This document shows positions 10,276-19,339 of a stretch of DNA of 64,000 nucleotides, in pieces. The number at the start of each line of letters is the position of its first letter. Position 1 is the stretch's first letter. The position numbers and the translations under genes were made by a program. The DNA comes from a virus. Taxonomy: Duplodnaviria > Caudoviricetes. The notes below the pieces were generated by a model. That model was not told where the DNA came from. It was given only the letters and a program-made list of their open reading frames with translations, and ran no database searches. Where the stretch lies: positions 96,001 to 160,000 of the IMG/VR virus record IMGVR_UViG_3300011862_000001, one strand, 5' to 3'.

Positions 10276-11616
10276 ATGGCAGAAAACACATTTGAAACCA
10301 GTGTCGTGTCGATGCTGTCAAAGTTTCCAGACTTGTTTCGGCAACGCGCCGATTCACTGGAAGAGTTTAATCAGATTCTGAACAATGATTACACGACGCT
10401 GATTGAGCAAAATTTGTTAGGGCTTGATTACCTGCCGGGTATTCAGGAAAAACTTCAAATCCTTCTGGCCGGTAACCAACTGACCGCCATTTCACTACTG
10501 GTCGGTGTACCTGAAGTGGATGTGTTGGGTACCCTCGACCAAATTTCCACTCGCCGTAATGCAGCCGATGCTGCTGCCCGTTCGGGCGCACGTTTGGGTA
10601 AAATGGTAGCGGGTGAAAGTCGTGGCCGGTTTGGTTTGCCGTCATACGATAACCTTGCCATCGCCGTAGGCGAATCTCGCCGTCCAGGTGGTCGTGGTGG
10701 GAACTTCCAGGGCAACAACGCCCGCTATGAAGATTTCTCCTCGGTCGGCAATGACACCAATATCAACAGCAACAACGACAGCAGCCGTGTTGACAACCGT
10801 GTTGATAATCGCGTGACCAACCGTAACCAGACCAACACCCACAACCAGACGTATAACAACAGCGATAACCATTCGGTGATTAACAACAACTACGACAGCA
10901 AAGCGGGCAAAGTTAGCTCCACGCTGCCGCAGAACTTCCCGAAAATGCTGGCGGAGCAAGAAGGCTTGTCACAAGGCAAACACTTCACCGCAACGTTTGA
11001 GCGTAATGGTAATAAGGTGGAAATCCCGATGCGTGTGCGTCTGGATGTCAAATCCGTGTCAAGCGAAGTGATTGCAACCCTGATTGCCTTTAGCGACCAG
11101 AACAAAGACCTTTGGGAACGCTACCTGCGTTTGCAATATAAAGGTGGTCGTAAGGGTTCGTTCATCGACAAAATTGCCGCTGCTAAAGACGTGGCGTTCT
11201 CCAACGACCTGATGGAAGAGTACCGTAAGAATCGCTATCGCGATAAGTCCGGCTACTACACCAAGATGATGGAGAAGCGCAATGGTAACTGGCTGTCTGG
11301 CCTGCTGACCCTGTCCCCGTCTATCAACAACGCCTCCGGTGTGATGATTGTTTCCCAGGAAACCATCGACGGCCTGGAAGCGCAGCTCGGTGGAAGCTTT
11401 GACGACTTCAACGTGCGTCAACGTGTGTTCAAAGACACCTTGACCGTGTACTACGTCGTGGTTGATACCACCTGGAACCGCGTTACCATTTATACCCGTG
11501 GTATGAACGGTTCGCAGGAGCTGAGCAAAGACGACTTCTCTAAATCTAAAGCCGGTAGTGCCGATGTCAACAAAGTCATCGAAGCTTACCGCGCTGGCGC
11601 ACAACCGGTTCTCTAA
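10276..11616 (+). CDS. Processed inner-head protein with Asn-rich segment (gp50-like)
   Basis: Start MAENT after GGAG; AGES/VGES motifs; N-rich low-complexity segment. Confidence 0.7.
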   Translation: MAENTFETSVVSMLSKFPDLFRQRADSLEEFNQILNNDYTTLIEQNLLGLDYLPGIQEKLQILLAGNQLTAISLLVGVPEVDVLGTLDQISTRRNAADAAARSGARLGKMVAGESRGRFGLPSYDNLAIAVGESRRPGGRGGNFQGNNARYEDFSSVGNDTNINSNNDSSRVDNRVDNRVTNRNQTNTHNQTYNNSDNHSVINNNYDSKAGKVSSTLPQNFPKMLAEQEGLSQGKHFTATFERNGNKVEIPMRVRLDVKSVSSEVIATLIAFSDQNKDLWERYLRLQYKGGRKGSFIDKIAAAKDVAFSNDLMEEYRKNRYRDKSGYYTKMMEKRNGNWLSGLLTLSPSINNASGVMIVSQETIDGLEAQLGGSFDDFNVRQRVFKDTLTVYYVVVDTTWNRVTIYTRGMNGSQELSKDDFSKSKAGSADVNKVIEAYRAGAQPVL

Positions 11617-11628
11617 GGGGTTACGCGA

Positions 11629-12564
11629 ATGGCTATTCCGAATATGCTGGCGATGTTACTGCCAAGCTTTGAAGCTACCAACCTGAAGAACACGCTGTCT
11701 TCGAACTGCGATGCCATCGGGGAAATGTTACTGCCGCAGTACCAGAACCTGCAAGAGCTGGTTGGTACCGTGCAAGGTAAGAAGTTCAATTCCAAGACTG
11801 TTCAGGAAATGAACGATTCGCTAGTGAAATACCTGCGTGAAACCAAACTGGAACACAAAGCGTTACGTGAGCCGAGCGTGCTGGAGTTTATCATCGCTGC
11901 GATGGAAAACACGCTGGCACTGCGCCCGTTCCTGGAACAGTGCATCAACCGTGACGTCGGTAAAACTATCGTCACCGCGTCGATGACGTTCAACAAACAG
12001 ACCCTGTTGCAAATCCTGGACTTGTTGGACTTCTTCACTATTTATAGCGCAACGCTGCTGAACTTCATTACCGCAGAAGAGCTGGCCTCGGTACAGGACT
12101 CCAACATCAAAGCGCAGGGCGTTGGCCCGAACGACCTGGTGTTCTTGAATACCCGCATCGTGACCTTTGGTATCGCGTTACGTGTCCTGGCAACGCCTGC
12201 CAACAAGCTGAAAGCCGACTACGGTGAAATCCCGGATGCCGTATTCAGTGAAGACACCTATAACGAGCTCGTCAGCGCGTTCGGTGTGAAAGCGACTGAC
12301 CCGTTAGGGCTGTCTGCCGTCCCGTTCCCGCTGTCGATTGTTTTCCGTGTCAAGCTGGCGTGGGCCGAATACCAGATGGACAAATACGACGAGTGCGTCG
12401 AAGCCGCGAAAGCCGCTGAACTGCGCGTGCTGTTGTATAAAAAGCAGCTGGCAGAGAAAGGCGGTGATGCGGCGTTAGAGAAACTCATCGAGCGTCACGA
12501 AAAACGCCTGATGGAACTCAAATACAAGCGCGAGCGTTTGGAGAAGAAGTACAAACTCGACTAA
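11629..12564 (+). CDS. Virion head protein (gp51-like)
   Basis: 311 aa, C-terminal coiled coil; synteny. Confidence 0.65.
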   Translation: MAIPNMLAMLLPSFEATNLKNTLSSNCDAIGEMLLPQYQNLQELVGTVQGKKFNSKTVQEMNDSLVKYLRETKLEHKALREPSVLEFIIAAMENTLALRPFLEQCINRDVGKTIVTASMTFNKQTLLQILDLLDFFTIYSATLLNFITAEELASVQDSNIKAQGVGPNDLVFLNTRIVTFGIALRVLATPANKLKADYGEIPDAVFSEDTYNELVSAFGVKATDPLGLSAVPFPLSIVFRVKLAWAEYQMDKYDECVEAAKAAELRVLLYKKQLAEKGGDAALEKLIERHEKRLMELKYKRERLEKKYKLD

Positions 12565-12582
12565 ACGCCGCAGGAGTGCACG

Positions 12583-13146
12583 ATGCAACAAACTATCAAC
12601 AACCCGGACTTTAACCAGGCGGAGCGTATTTTAAAGGCGTATATGGACATGCTCAACGAGAACCCGGTATTGGTTCACGATGATGAGATTATCCATAACA
12701 CCCTGCCTGCGGTGGCCATTGTGTTGCCCTATTTCCGCTTAGTGGCGGCTGAGAGTGTGCAACAGGTATTATATGACGAATATCCGCAAATCGGTTTTAC
12801 GTTCAATACCTTTTACAACGAAACGGTGGCCTTTCTACTCGACGGTAAACGTCGTACCATCAGCGTTGGTACCTTTTCGGTCTTGATGTCAACGTATATG
12901 CGTGACGTTCAGGGAACAAAGTACGTGGCTGAAGCAGGCAGTATTGGGGCACGCATGGTAAATGCCGCCTTTGGTAAGTCAGGTCAGGTTCGCTCGATGG
13001 GTAAAGCTATTCAATCGATGCAGCCAGATTTGCGCCTATTATCATATGCAGACCACGAACTGCTGGCACGGTGGATGACGCGTACTAACGGATTGTCCGA
13101 TATGATTACGTCGTTGGCAGTGTTCTTGAAAATCGCACGTCCCTAA
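12583..13146 (+). CDS. Putative virion protein (gp52-like)
   Basis: AGGAG SD; synteny. Confidence 0.6.
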   Translation: MQQTINNPDFNQAERILKAYMDMLNENPVLVHDDEIIHNTLPAVAIVLPYFRLVAAESVQQVLYDEYPQIGFTFNTFYNETVAFLLDGKRRTISVGTFSVLMSTYMRDVQGTKYVAEAGSIGARMVNAAFGKSGQVRSMGKAIQSMQPDLRLLSYADHELLARWMTRTNGLSDMITSLAVFLKIARP

Positions 13147-13202
13147 GGGGGCCCCTTTCTAGGGGCGTGTAATTCGGTTATAACCAAACAGGAAATAAGT
13201 AA

Positions 13203-14471
13203 ATGGCAAATTTTGCACAACGTAAAATCGCCCGCGAATCCATCGAGGGTAACCCGAGCGAAATCGACGGCCTGAGCAACATCGAATCAGGCGAAGAGAA
13301 CCTGGACACTCAACTGGCTGAAATGACGTCAGAAGATGCCCAGCTGGAACAACTCGAAGGCGACGGTGCTACCCTGACCTCCGATATCGAACGTACCGAA
13401 GCGGCCGTAGGCGCAGCTGATGAAGCCGTTGCTAACGGTGACGAACTGAGCGAAGAATCCATTGCGCACACCGAAGTGGCGCAGGAATCTATCCGTCGTC
13501 GTTGGGGCCTGGACGTGCGCAAAGTAGCACGCGAATCCTACCGTCGTAGCCGTGGCATGACCAAAGCTGCTGGCGAAGGCTGGAAAGAAACCCTGCAAGG
13601 CCTGTGGGATCGTTTCATTGAGTTCGTGAACTCTGTGATTGCTAAAATCAAAGATATCAAACTCAAGTACATCAACGTCGGTAAATCTGCACAGAAACGT
13701 GCTAAGAAATACCAAGAAGCCATTCGCTCTCTGACTAAGAAAGAGAAAGACGAAATCGGTGGTAGCTGGATTTCCAAACTCTCCATCGAAGGTAAGTTTA
13801 ACCTGGACGCTTCTGTCGCTGCTGCGAAAGACGTGACCGCAGGTAAAGCGAAAGCTGCTGTTGCTGCGATGCAGCACCAGGCTGGCGAAGTTGTGGCGAT
13901 GGTTACCAAAACGGCTGACGGCGAAGTTGAAGCATTCAACTTTGGCGTTGAGAAAGTTGAGCTGTTTGGTACCACTGCAACTAAACTTCAGAACCTGCCA
14001 GGTTTCGAAGATGGTGATGGCCAGAAACTGTCCGCTCTGCCGGGCAACGCCTACATCCAGTCCGGTACTAAAACCAACCACGGCCACCAACTGGTTGCGA
14101 TTGCGTTTATGTCTACTGGCGACAGCTCCGATGAGAAGACCATCCCGACGCCGGAAACCGGCAAACTGCAATCTGCCGCTTCTGCGCTGGATGCTATCGG
14201 TAAAGGCTTCGAAAAAGTGCTGATGGACTTCCGTGCTTACGACTCAGAAGTTGATAAGCTGTCTCGTGCTGCTCAGAAAGCGAAAGCTGCGCTGTCTAAA
14301 GCGTCTGACAACAATGCACAAGACGAGCTGGGTGCCGCTCGCGGTGCTGCTGATCAGGCTGTGAAGAACTACCAGAACCTGCATCGTGCAGTGTCCTACG
14401 TTGCTAACACCGTTATCTCTGGCCTGAACGGCTATATCGGTGCTGGTATCGGCGCTTACAGCAAGAAATAA
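13203..14471 (+). CDS. Abundant internal head protein, phiKZ internal-protein paralog family (gp53-like)
   Basis: Acidic propeptide with ARES/AQES/ARES/AGE sites; strong codon bias; paralog of next gene. Confidence 0.8.
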   Translation: MANFAQRKIARESIEGNPSEIDGLSNIESGEENLDTQLAEMTSEDAQLEQLEGDGATLTSDIERTEAAVGAADEAVANGDELSEESIAHTEVAQESIRRRWGLDVRKVARESYRRSRGMTKAAGEGWKETLQGLWDRFIEFVNSVIAKIKDIKLKYINVGKSAQKRAKKYQEAIRSLTKKEKDEIGGSWISKLSIEGKFNLDASVAAAKDVTAGKAKAAVAAMQHQAGEVVAMVTKTADGEVEAFNFGVEKVELFGTTATKLQNLPGFEDGDGQKLSALPGNAYIQSGTKTNHGHQLVAIAFMSTGDSSDEKTIPTPETGKLQSAASALDAIGKGFEKVLMDFRAYDSEVDKLSRAAQKAKAALSKASDNNAQDELGAARGAADQAVKNYQNLHRAVSYVANTVISGLNGYIGAGIGAYSKK

Positions 14472-14510
14472 TCGTCTGTCTCGTTGACGTTCGGTTTGTA
14501 ATCATGTAAA

Positions 14511-14529
14511 GCGGGGCAGCAAGCCCCGC
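14511..14529 (+). other. Intercistronic stem-loop without U-tract
   Basis: GCGGGGC-AGCAA-GCCCCGC just upstream of the GAGGA RBS. Confidence 0.55.
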
Positions 14530-14546
14530 TTAGAGGAAGAGATCAA

Positions 14547-15842
14547 ATGGCAAATTTTGCACAACGTAAAATCGCTCGTGAGTCCATCGAAGGCACCGGT
14601 ACTGTAGTTCCGGATGGCCTGGAACTGCCGGCGGAATCCGTAGAAGGTATTCTGGCCGAGCTGGCTCAGGACGAAAAAGAAATCGACCAGCACGATGCTG
14701 AAGGCGATGTACTGGCGGAAGACGTCACTGAAACCGAAGAGCAGTTTGATGCGGTTGGCGAAGCCGATGCTGCTGCAAACGGCGAAGGCGGTGATGACGC
14801 CATGGACGCGGAAGAAGACATGCCTGACGAAGCAGCCGCAGCGCTGGACGTGGCACAAGAATCTATCCGCCGTCGTTGGGGCTTCGATCACCGCGTAAGC
14901 GTTGCTCGTGAATCCTACGGTTCTCGCAACCGCCGTAAAGTGGCGCGTGAGTCCCTGTGGGATGACATCAAGGCATTCTTCAAACGTATTTGGGAATGGC
15001 TGAAAGAGCAAGGCCGCAAAGTGAAAGACCGCTGGCTGAAATTCAGCAACCAGGGTAAATCGATTCAGAAACGCTCTAAGCAGTATGGCGAACTGATCAA
15101 GAAACTGGGCAAAGTGAAAACCGGCAAAGAAGAGATCAAAGGCGGCTTCATTAAAGCTCTGTCTATTGGCGGTAAGTTCATCGGTGATAACGTCACTGAG
15201 CTGAAAAACACCGTTGAGCTGGCAAGCGAAGCTCAGAAAGTACAGGCTGGCTTCCTGGAAGACATGACCAAAGTTGCTGATAACGTTGAACGTTCTATCG
15301 CTGACTCTGCTGGTCATCAGGCTGCTGCCGGTTCTGCTGCCTTGTTTGAACACACCGGTCTGGTTAAAGACCTGCACGACATGGCTGGCGAAGAAGAAAT
15401 TCTTGGCAACATGGTCGGTAAAGTCGAAGTTAGTGGCGAAGGCGAAGACATCTCTGTTAGCGCGTCTGCTGTAGAAAGCGAACGTGATGTTGCAAGCGAA
15501 GTCAAAACGCCGACCACTGCGGTGCTGACTGCTGTGAACGGCTACTACAACCAACTCGGTAAAGATATCGAGAAGTTTGTACAGGCGTACCAGAAAAACA
15601 ACCAGCTGCGTGAGAAATACGAAAAAGGTCTTGAGAAGATCATTAAACGTCTGGATAACATCAAGGTCGAAGGTATGGACCCTGACTTGTCCAAACTGAT
15701 TCGTGTTACTCGTCGTTTCATCACGGCTACCCAGTCCGCGATGAGCGCTGCTGAGCGTCAGACTGCAACGATCACTAAAAATGCGATCGCTGGTATCAAC
15801 GGCTACCTGCAAGCAGGTATCGCTGCGTACGAGAAGAAATAA
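14547..15842 (+). CDS. Abundant internal head protein paralog (gp54-like)
   Basis: Same N-terminus MANFAQRKIARESIEG, AQESIRRRWG, shared C-terminal GxNGY..AGI.AY.KK. Confidence 0.8.
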   Translation: MANFAQRKIARESIEGTGTVVPDGLELPAESVEGILAELAQDEKEIDQHDAEGDVLAEDVTETEEQFDAVGEADAAANGEGGDDAMDAEEDMPDEAAAALDVAQESIRRRWGFDHRVSVARESYGSRNRRKVARESLWDDIKAFFKRIWEWLKEQGRKVKDRWLKFSNQGKSIQKRSKQYGELIKKLGKVKTGKEEIKGGFIKALSIGGKFIGDNVTELKNTVELASEAQKVQAGFLEDMTKVADNVERSIADSAGHQAAAGSAALFEHTGLVKDLHDMAGEEEILGNMVGKVEVSGEGEDISVSASAVESERDVASEVKTPTTAVLTAVNGYYNQLGKDIEKFVQAYQKNNQLREKYEKGLEKIIKRLDNIKVEGMDPDLSKLIRVTRRFITATQSAMSAAERQTATITKNAIAGINGYLQAGIAAYEKK

Positions 15843-15852
15843 TTCTTGTCGT

Positions 15853-15900
15853 GGAATCCCCCTCTCTTCGGAGAGGGGATTTTCCTTTTTTATTTTTTCT
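15853..15900 (+). terminator. Intrinsic terminator
   Basis: CCCCTCTC-TTCG-GAGAGGGG plus T-tract. Confidence 0.85.
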
Positions 15901-15915
15901 AAGTGAAAAACTTTT

Positions 15916-15938
15916 GAGATATATGTTACCAAGGTGAA
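15916..15938 (+). promoter_or_regulatory. Putative early (virion RNAP) promoter
   Basis: GAGATATATGTTACCAAGGTGAA, one of six aligned copies. Confidence 0.7.
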
Positions 15939-16003
15939 GTAGTTCTCTACTTTTTTACGTCACCGCCTTAAACATATGGCTGACCCCCGAAGGAGAATCA
16001 TTT

Positions 16004-16507
16004 ATGCGTATCCGATTGATCGATCTAGCGTCTGTCGACAGACAGACCTCCTCTGTGACTTTGACCTTTAAATCTTCTCAGCCTTTCGTCTTGAAAGTCC
16101 CTGAAGCAATACTGGTAGGATTGGCCATGGTTATCATGCGTGCCTATCACACTGCCACGACTTACCGTGTGAAGTACGGTGATTATCTGTTTGAAATCGA
16201 TGCACTCGACTACGAACAGTATCTGAGCCTCAAACACGTTTGGCAATGGCTTACCAACGAGGATTATACGCCGTATTCCAAAGTGTACAGTGCGGACTAT
16301 ACCGCGATGTGTCACTACTTTCGTAAACGTAACCAACGTACCCCTGCAATCTTTGATGGCATGGAGGTGATGCTGGTTCATCCTGCCGTCCAGAGTCGTT
16401 TGATGGAAGGTACCCTGTTGGTTCGCCAGACTCGCTATTGCGATGACCTTATCGAACCACTTGATAACGTTATGCCCCATGTCAACTTTACCCGGAAGGA
16501 AGCGTAA
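16004..16507 (+). CDS. Hypothetical early protein
   Basis: AAGGAG SD. Confidence 0.75.
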   Translation: MRIRLIDLASVDRQTSSVTLTFKSSQPFVLKVPEAILVGLAMVIMRAYHTATTYRVKYGDYLFEIDALDYEQYLSLKHVWQWLTNEDYTPYSKVYSADYTAMCHYFRKRNQRTPAIFDGMEVMLVHPAVQSRLMEGTLLVRQTRYCDDLIEPLDNVMPHVNFTRKEA

Positions 16508-16878
16508 TGCCAAAATCGTTAGACTTCTCTTTAAAGATGGAAGCCATTGTCTATCCGGTGATGCGCTTTAAATCCGGCCAGTCAGCAGAAATCAAATTGC
16601 AGGTGGTCATGGAAGACCTGGAAGCGGCCCTGGTGCAATTGGGTGACCGTAACTACCGTGGCCCGGTACAGATTCGCATGGCCGTTCCCTGGTACGGACG
16701 GGATATGTTTGCGGGCAATCGCATGGACCACGTTCTGTTCGAAGTGGACTTTAGGGAAGTCACCTGCATGGTGATTACCGACACTATTGAAACCTTCACC
16801 TTCTCACGCCAGACCTTCGTCAGCTATCTGCGCTCGGTGGTGAAAGAAATCAATAAACGTAAGGACAGCTTAGAATGA
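16507..16878 (+). CDS. Hypothetical protein
   Basis: TAATG coupling, AAGGA SD. Confidence 0.75.
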   Translation: MPKSLDFSLKMEAIVYPVMRFKSGQSAEIKLQVVMEDLEAALVQLGDRNYRGPVQIRMAVPWYGRDMFAGNRMDHVLFEVDFREVTCMVITDTIETFTFSRQTFVSYLRSVVKEINKRKDSLE

Positions 16879-17132
16879 TTACCTCGCTGTTGGAAGACAT
16901 CAATCGGGTGTATGTCGAGATGTATCCCAAGCGTAATATCGAACTGATTAACTTCCACACCTGCGAACGTCAACTCCTTGCCGACAAGACGTGGATAAAG
17001 ACACCCATGGATGACACGGGCATCTGTTTCGGTGTCGCGATGTTTGCACAAGACTATCTCCGTCTGCACGGTGTGGCGATACAGGCAGCCGTGAAGCCAT
17101 TGTCAATCACATCACGCCGGAACTGTACATGA
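16875..17132 (+). CDS. Hypothetical protein
   Basis: ATGA overlap, AAGGA SD. Confidence 0.65.
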   Translation: MITSLLEDINRVYVEMYPKRNIELINFHTCERQLLADKTWIKTPMDDTGICFGVAMFAQDYLRLHGVAIQAAVKPLSITSRRNCT

Positions 17133-17173
17133 CATTAGAAACCACACTTCACTATCCCCAGAAGGAGTATTAA

Positions 17174-17734
17174 TTGAAAATTTCGATGATTGCTGCCGTT
17201 GACCGTAACAACGCCATCGGCAAAGACAACAAGCTCGCCTGGCGTTTACCCGCCGACCTGGAAAACTTCAAAGCCCTGACCAGCGGCAAGATTATCATCA
17301 TGGGGCGCAAGACCTGGGACTCGCTCGGTCGTAAGCCATTACCCAACCGCAAGAGTATTGTGGTGAGCAGTAACCCGCGTGGTGTGCTGTTAGCGGATAT
17401 CCCGCAAGATAATGGAGTGGTGGCCGTGCCGAGCTTACACGAAGCGCGACGTTGCGCACAACTCCTTATCGACAACGGTGGCTACCCGCAAGAGGTGTTC
17501 GTGATTGGAGGTGGACAGATTTATAGCGCCTTCCTGCCGATTGCTGACAGTATCTATCTTTCCCGGATAGACCTGGCGGTAGAAGACCCGGATGCGTTCT
17601 TCCCGGAAATCGACCGTGACGACTGGCAGCTGGAAATCTCGCTGCGCCATCTCAAAGACGGGTTCAAGCACACGCACGACTGGCACTACCAAATCTGGAA
17701 CCGTATCGCTGCCAGGGAAATCAAAGGGGTATAA
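17174..17734 (+). CDS. folA: Dihydrofolate reductase
   Basis: IAAVDRNNAIGKDNKLAW.LPADL..FK, MGRKTWDS, PLPNR, VIGGGQIY, DAFFP; TTG start after AAGGAG. Confidence 0.95.
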   Translation: MKISMIAAVDRNNAIGKDNKLAWRLPADLENFKALTSGKIIIMGRKTWDSLGRKPLPNRKSIVVSSNPRGVLLADIPQDNGVVAVPSLHEARRCAQLLIDNGGYPQEVFVIGGGQIYSAFLPIADSIYLSRIDLAVEDPDAFFPEIDRDDWQLEISLRHLKDGFKHTHDWHYQIWNRIAAREIKGV

Positions 17735-17745
17735 CAGAACTAACC

Positions 17746-17773
17746 GGGAGCTTCGGCTCCCTGTTTTTTTTTT
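17746..17773 (+). terminator. Intrinsic terminator
   Basis: GGGAGC-TTCG-GCTCCC plus T-tract. Confidence 0.85.
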
Positions 17774-17821
17774 GTTTCTACACCACCGACCAGTGATATG
17801 TACAGAATGAGGGACAAGCCA

Positions 17822-19339
17822 ATGCAACAGTATTTTGAAGTACCATCGCTGGACTTGACCGTGCGTAAATCAGTGATTGACGGGATAGTGCAGCGCGTCC
17901 TGAACGAGTCGGGGATAGAACAGCCGGATATCGTTTACCTGGATACCTTTAACACAGCCCATCAGCCCGACTCCACGCTAGGCGACGAGACCAAAGTAGA
18001 GTACAGCTCGACGCAGCGCGTGTATGTCGAAGTGGAAGAAGAGCGTGATGAGATGGCGCGCATTAACCGAGCTATCGGCATGGGGAATGAAATCCCGTTC
18101 TTTAATAACCCGGTAGACCAAGTCAAAGCGTGGGCGATTCGCACCAACTACAAAGTGCGCATTACTCTGCGTCGCAATTCGCAATCCCAGGACGAACTGC
18201 TGCGTTGGACCAACCGGTTAAACAGCTTAATCGATATGGGTCGCTATGCGCTGGTAACCGAGTCGGAAGCCTACTATTTTATTCCCAAGCCGTTATTGAA
18301 GTTATTGAACGAAGCGTATTTGGCCTCCGAAGTCCGGGTACCGAAATACGAGAAGTTCGTGGATTACCTGAAAGCCTATTTCCACCCGTCGGTATTTGTC
18401 GCCGGTAACGTCGCCGGTGGTCAAGCCACACTTGCGGTACGCTACTCGCCTACCCGTGTGGAAGTGGTGTATGACGTCACACCACCTGCCTGGGAGAAAG
18501 ACGAGAAGCACTACGAAGCCACCTTTACCGTGGACTTCGAATACCAGAAGCCGGAAGAAGTCGGGTGCGCTTACCCGTACATCATCAACCAGACCCCGTT
18601 GCCGGAAGAATACCAGCCGGAGATTGACCCACCGTGGATGGCCGAAGAAGAAGCGATTGAGCGCTCCGAGCAGCAGAAAGAGTTTGACGGGACCTGGTGG
18701 GATAATGAATCCCGCAAGTTGATTCGTCTGCCGTATCTGTTGTGTCCGAAAGAACAGTTCCACCGCACCCACACGCCGATTGAGCGTATCTCGCTGCCTA
18801 TCTTTGGCACCGACGTCTGCTTTGGTGAAGACAACATGGCACATCCAGTGGTGTGTACCACTGACGATTTGCCCTACGTCTGGAACCCGGTGTTACTGCC
18901 GTATATCGAACACTGCCGTATCATCGACCCCACCGGGCAGAAAGGCGTGTTTCGCATGGAGCTGTTTGAAGACGGGGTCTTAGTGCAGCCGAGTGCCTAC
19001 CACTGGGAAGGCAACGAGTTCTCAGTGCGTCACGACATCCAGGTGAACAAAAGTTATTTCTTGACCGAGCGGGTGATTCACGATTGGCGAGGACTGGACT
19101 TGTGGCCGCTGCAACGCTACCCGAAAGCCGCTGAGCTACTGATTAAGTGGTTGTTCCCGCAGTGGGATACCCCAGATTGGTGGTGGGACTTACCGGTACT
19201 GCCGCCGGGTGTGTGGGATGAAATTGAAAAGCAAACCGTCTACCCGGAAAAAGGGTTGTTCTTGACGGTGTTCAACACAACAATCATTGCAATACGAGGT
19301 GTGAGCGATGCTACAAGCGAACGGGAAGGGGAACACTAA
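17822..19339 (+). CDS. Putative virion structural protein (gp61-like)
   Basis: Start MQQYF after GAGGGA; first of four coupled genes; synteny. Confidence 0.6.
   Translation: MQQYFEVPSLDLTVRKSVIDGIVQRVLNESGIEQPDIVYLDTFNTAHQPDSTLGDETKVEYSSTQRVYVEVEEERDEMARINRAIGMGNEIPFFNNPVDQVKAWAIRTNYKVRITLRRNSQSQDELLRWTNRLNSLIDMGRYALVTESEAYYFIPKPLLKLLNEAYLASEVRVPKYEKFVDYLKAYFHPSVFVAGNVAGGQATLAVRYSPTRVEVVYDVTPPAWEKDEKHYEATFTVDFEYQKPEEVGCAYPYIINQTPLPEEYQPEIDPPWMAEEEAIERSEQQKEFDGTWWDNESRKLIRLPYLLCPKEQFHRTHTPIERISLPIFGTDVCFGEDNMAHPVVCTTDDLPYVWNPVLLPYIEHCRIIDPTGQKGVFRMELFEDGVLVQPSAYHWEGNEFSVRHDIQVNKSYFLTERVIHDWRGLDLWPLQRYPKAAELLIKWLFPQWDTPDWWWDLPVLPPGVWDEIEKQTVYPEKGLFLTVFNTTIIAIRGVSDATSEREGEH

Noticed and set aside
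14502-15932. 476-aa minus-strand ORF, and similar ones at 13329-14171, 2539-3363, 29748-30500, 30879-31601 and 36364-37044
   Set aside because: Antisense shadows of strongly codon-biased genes; no convincing RBS or motifs
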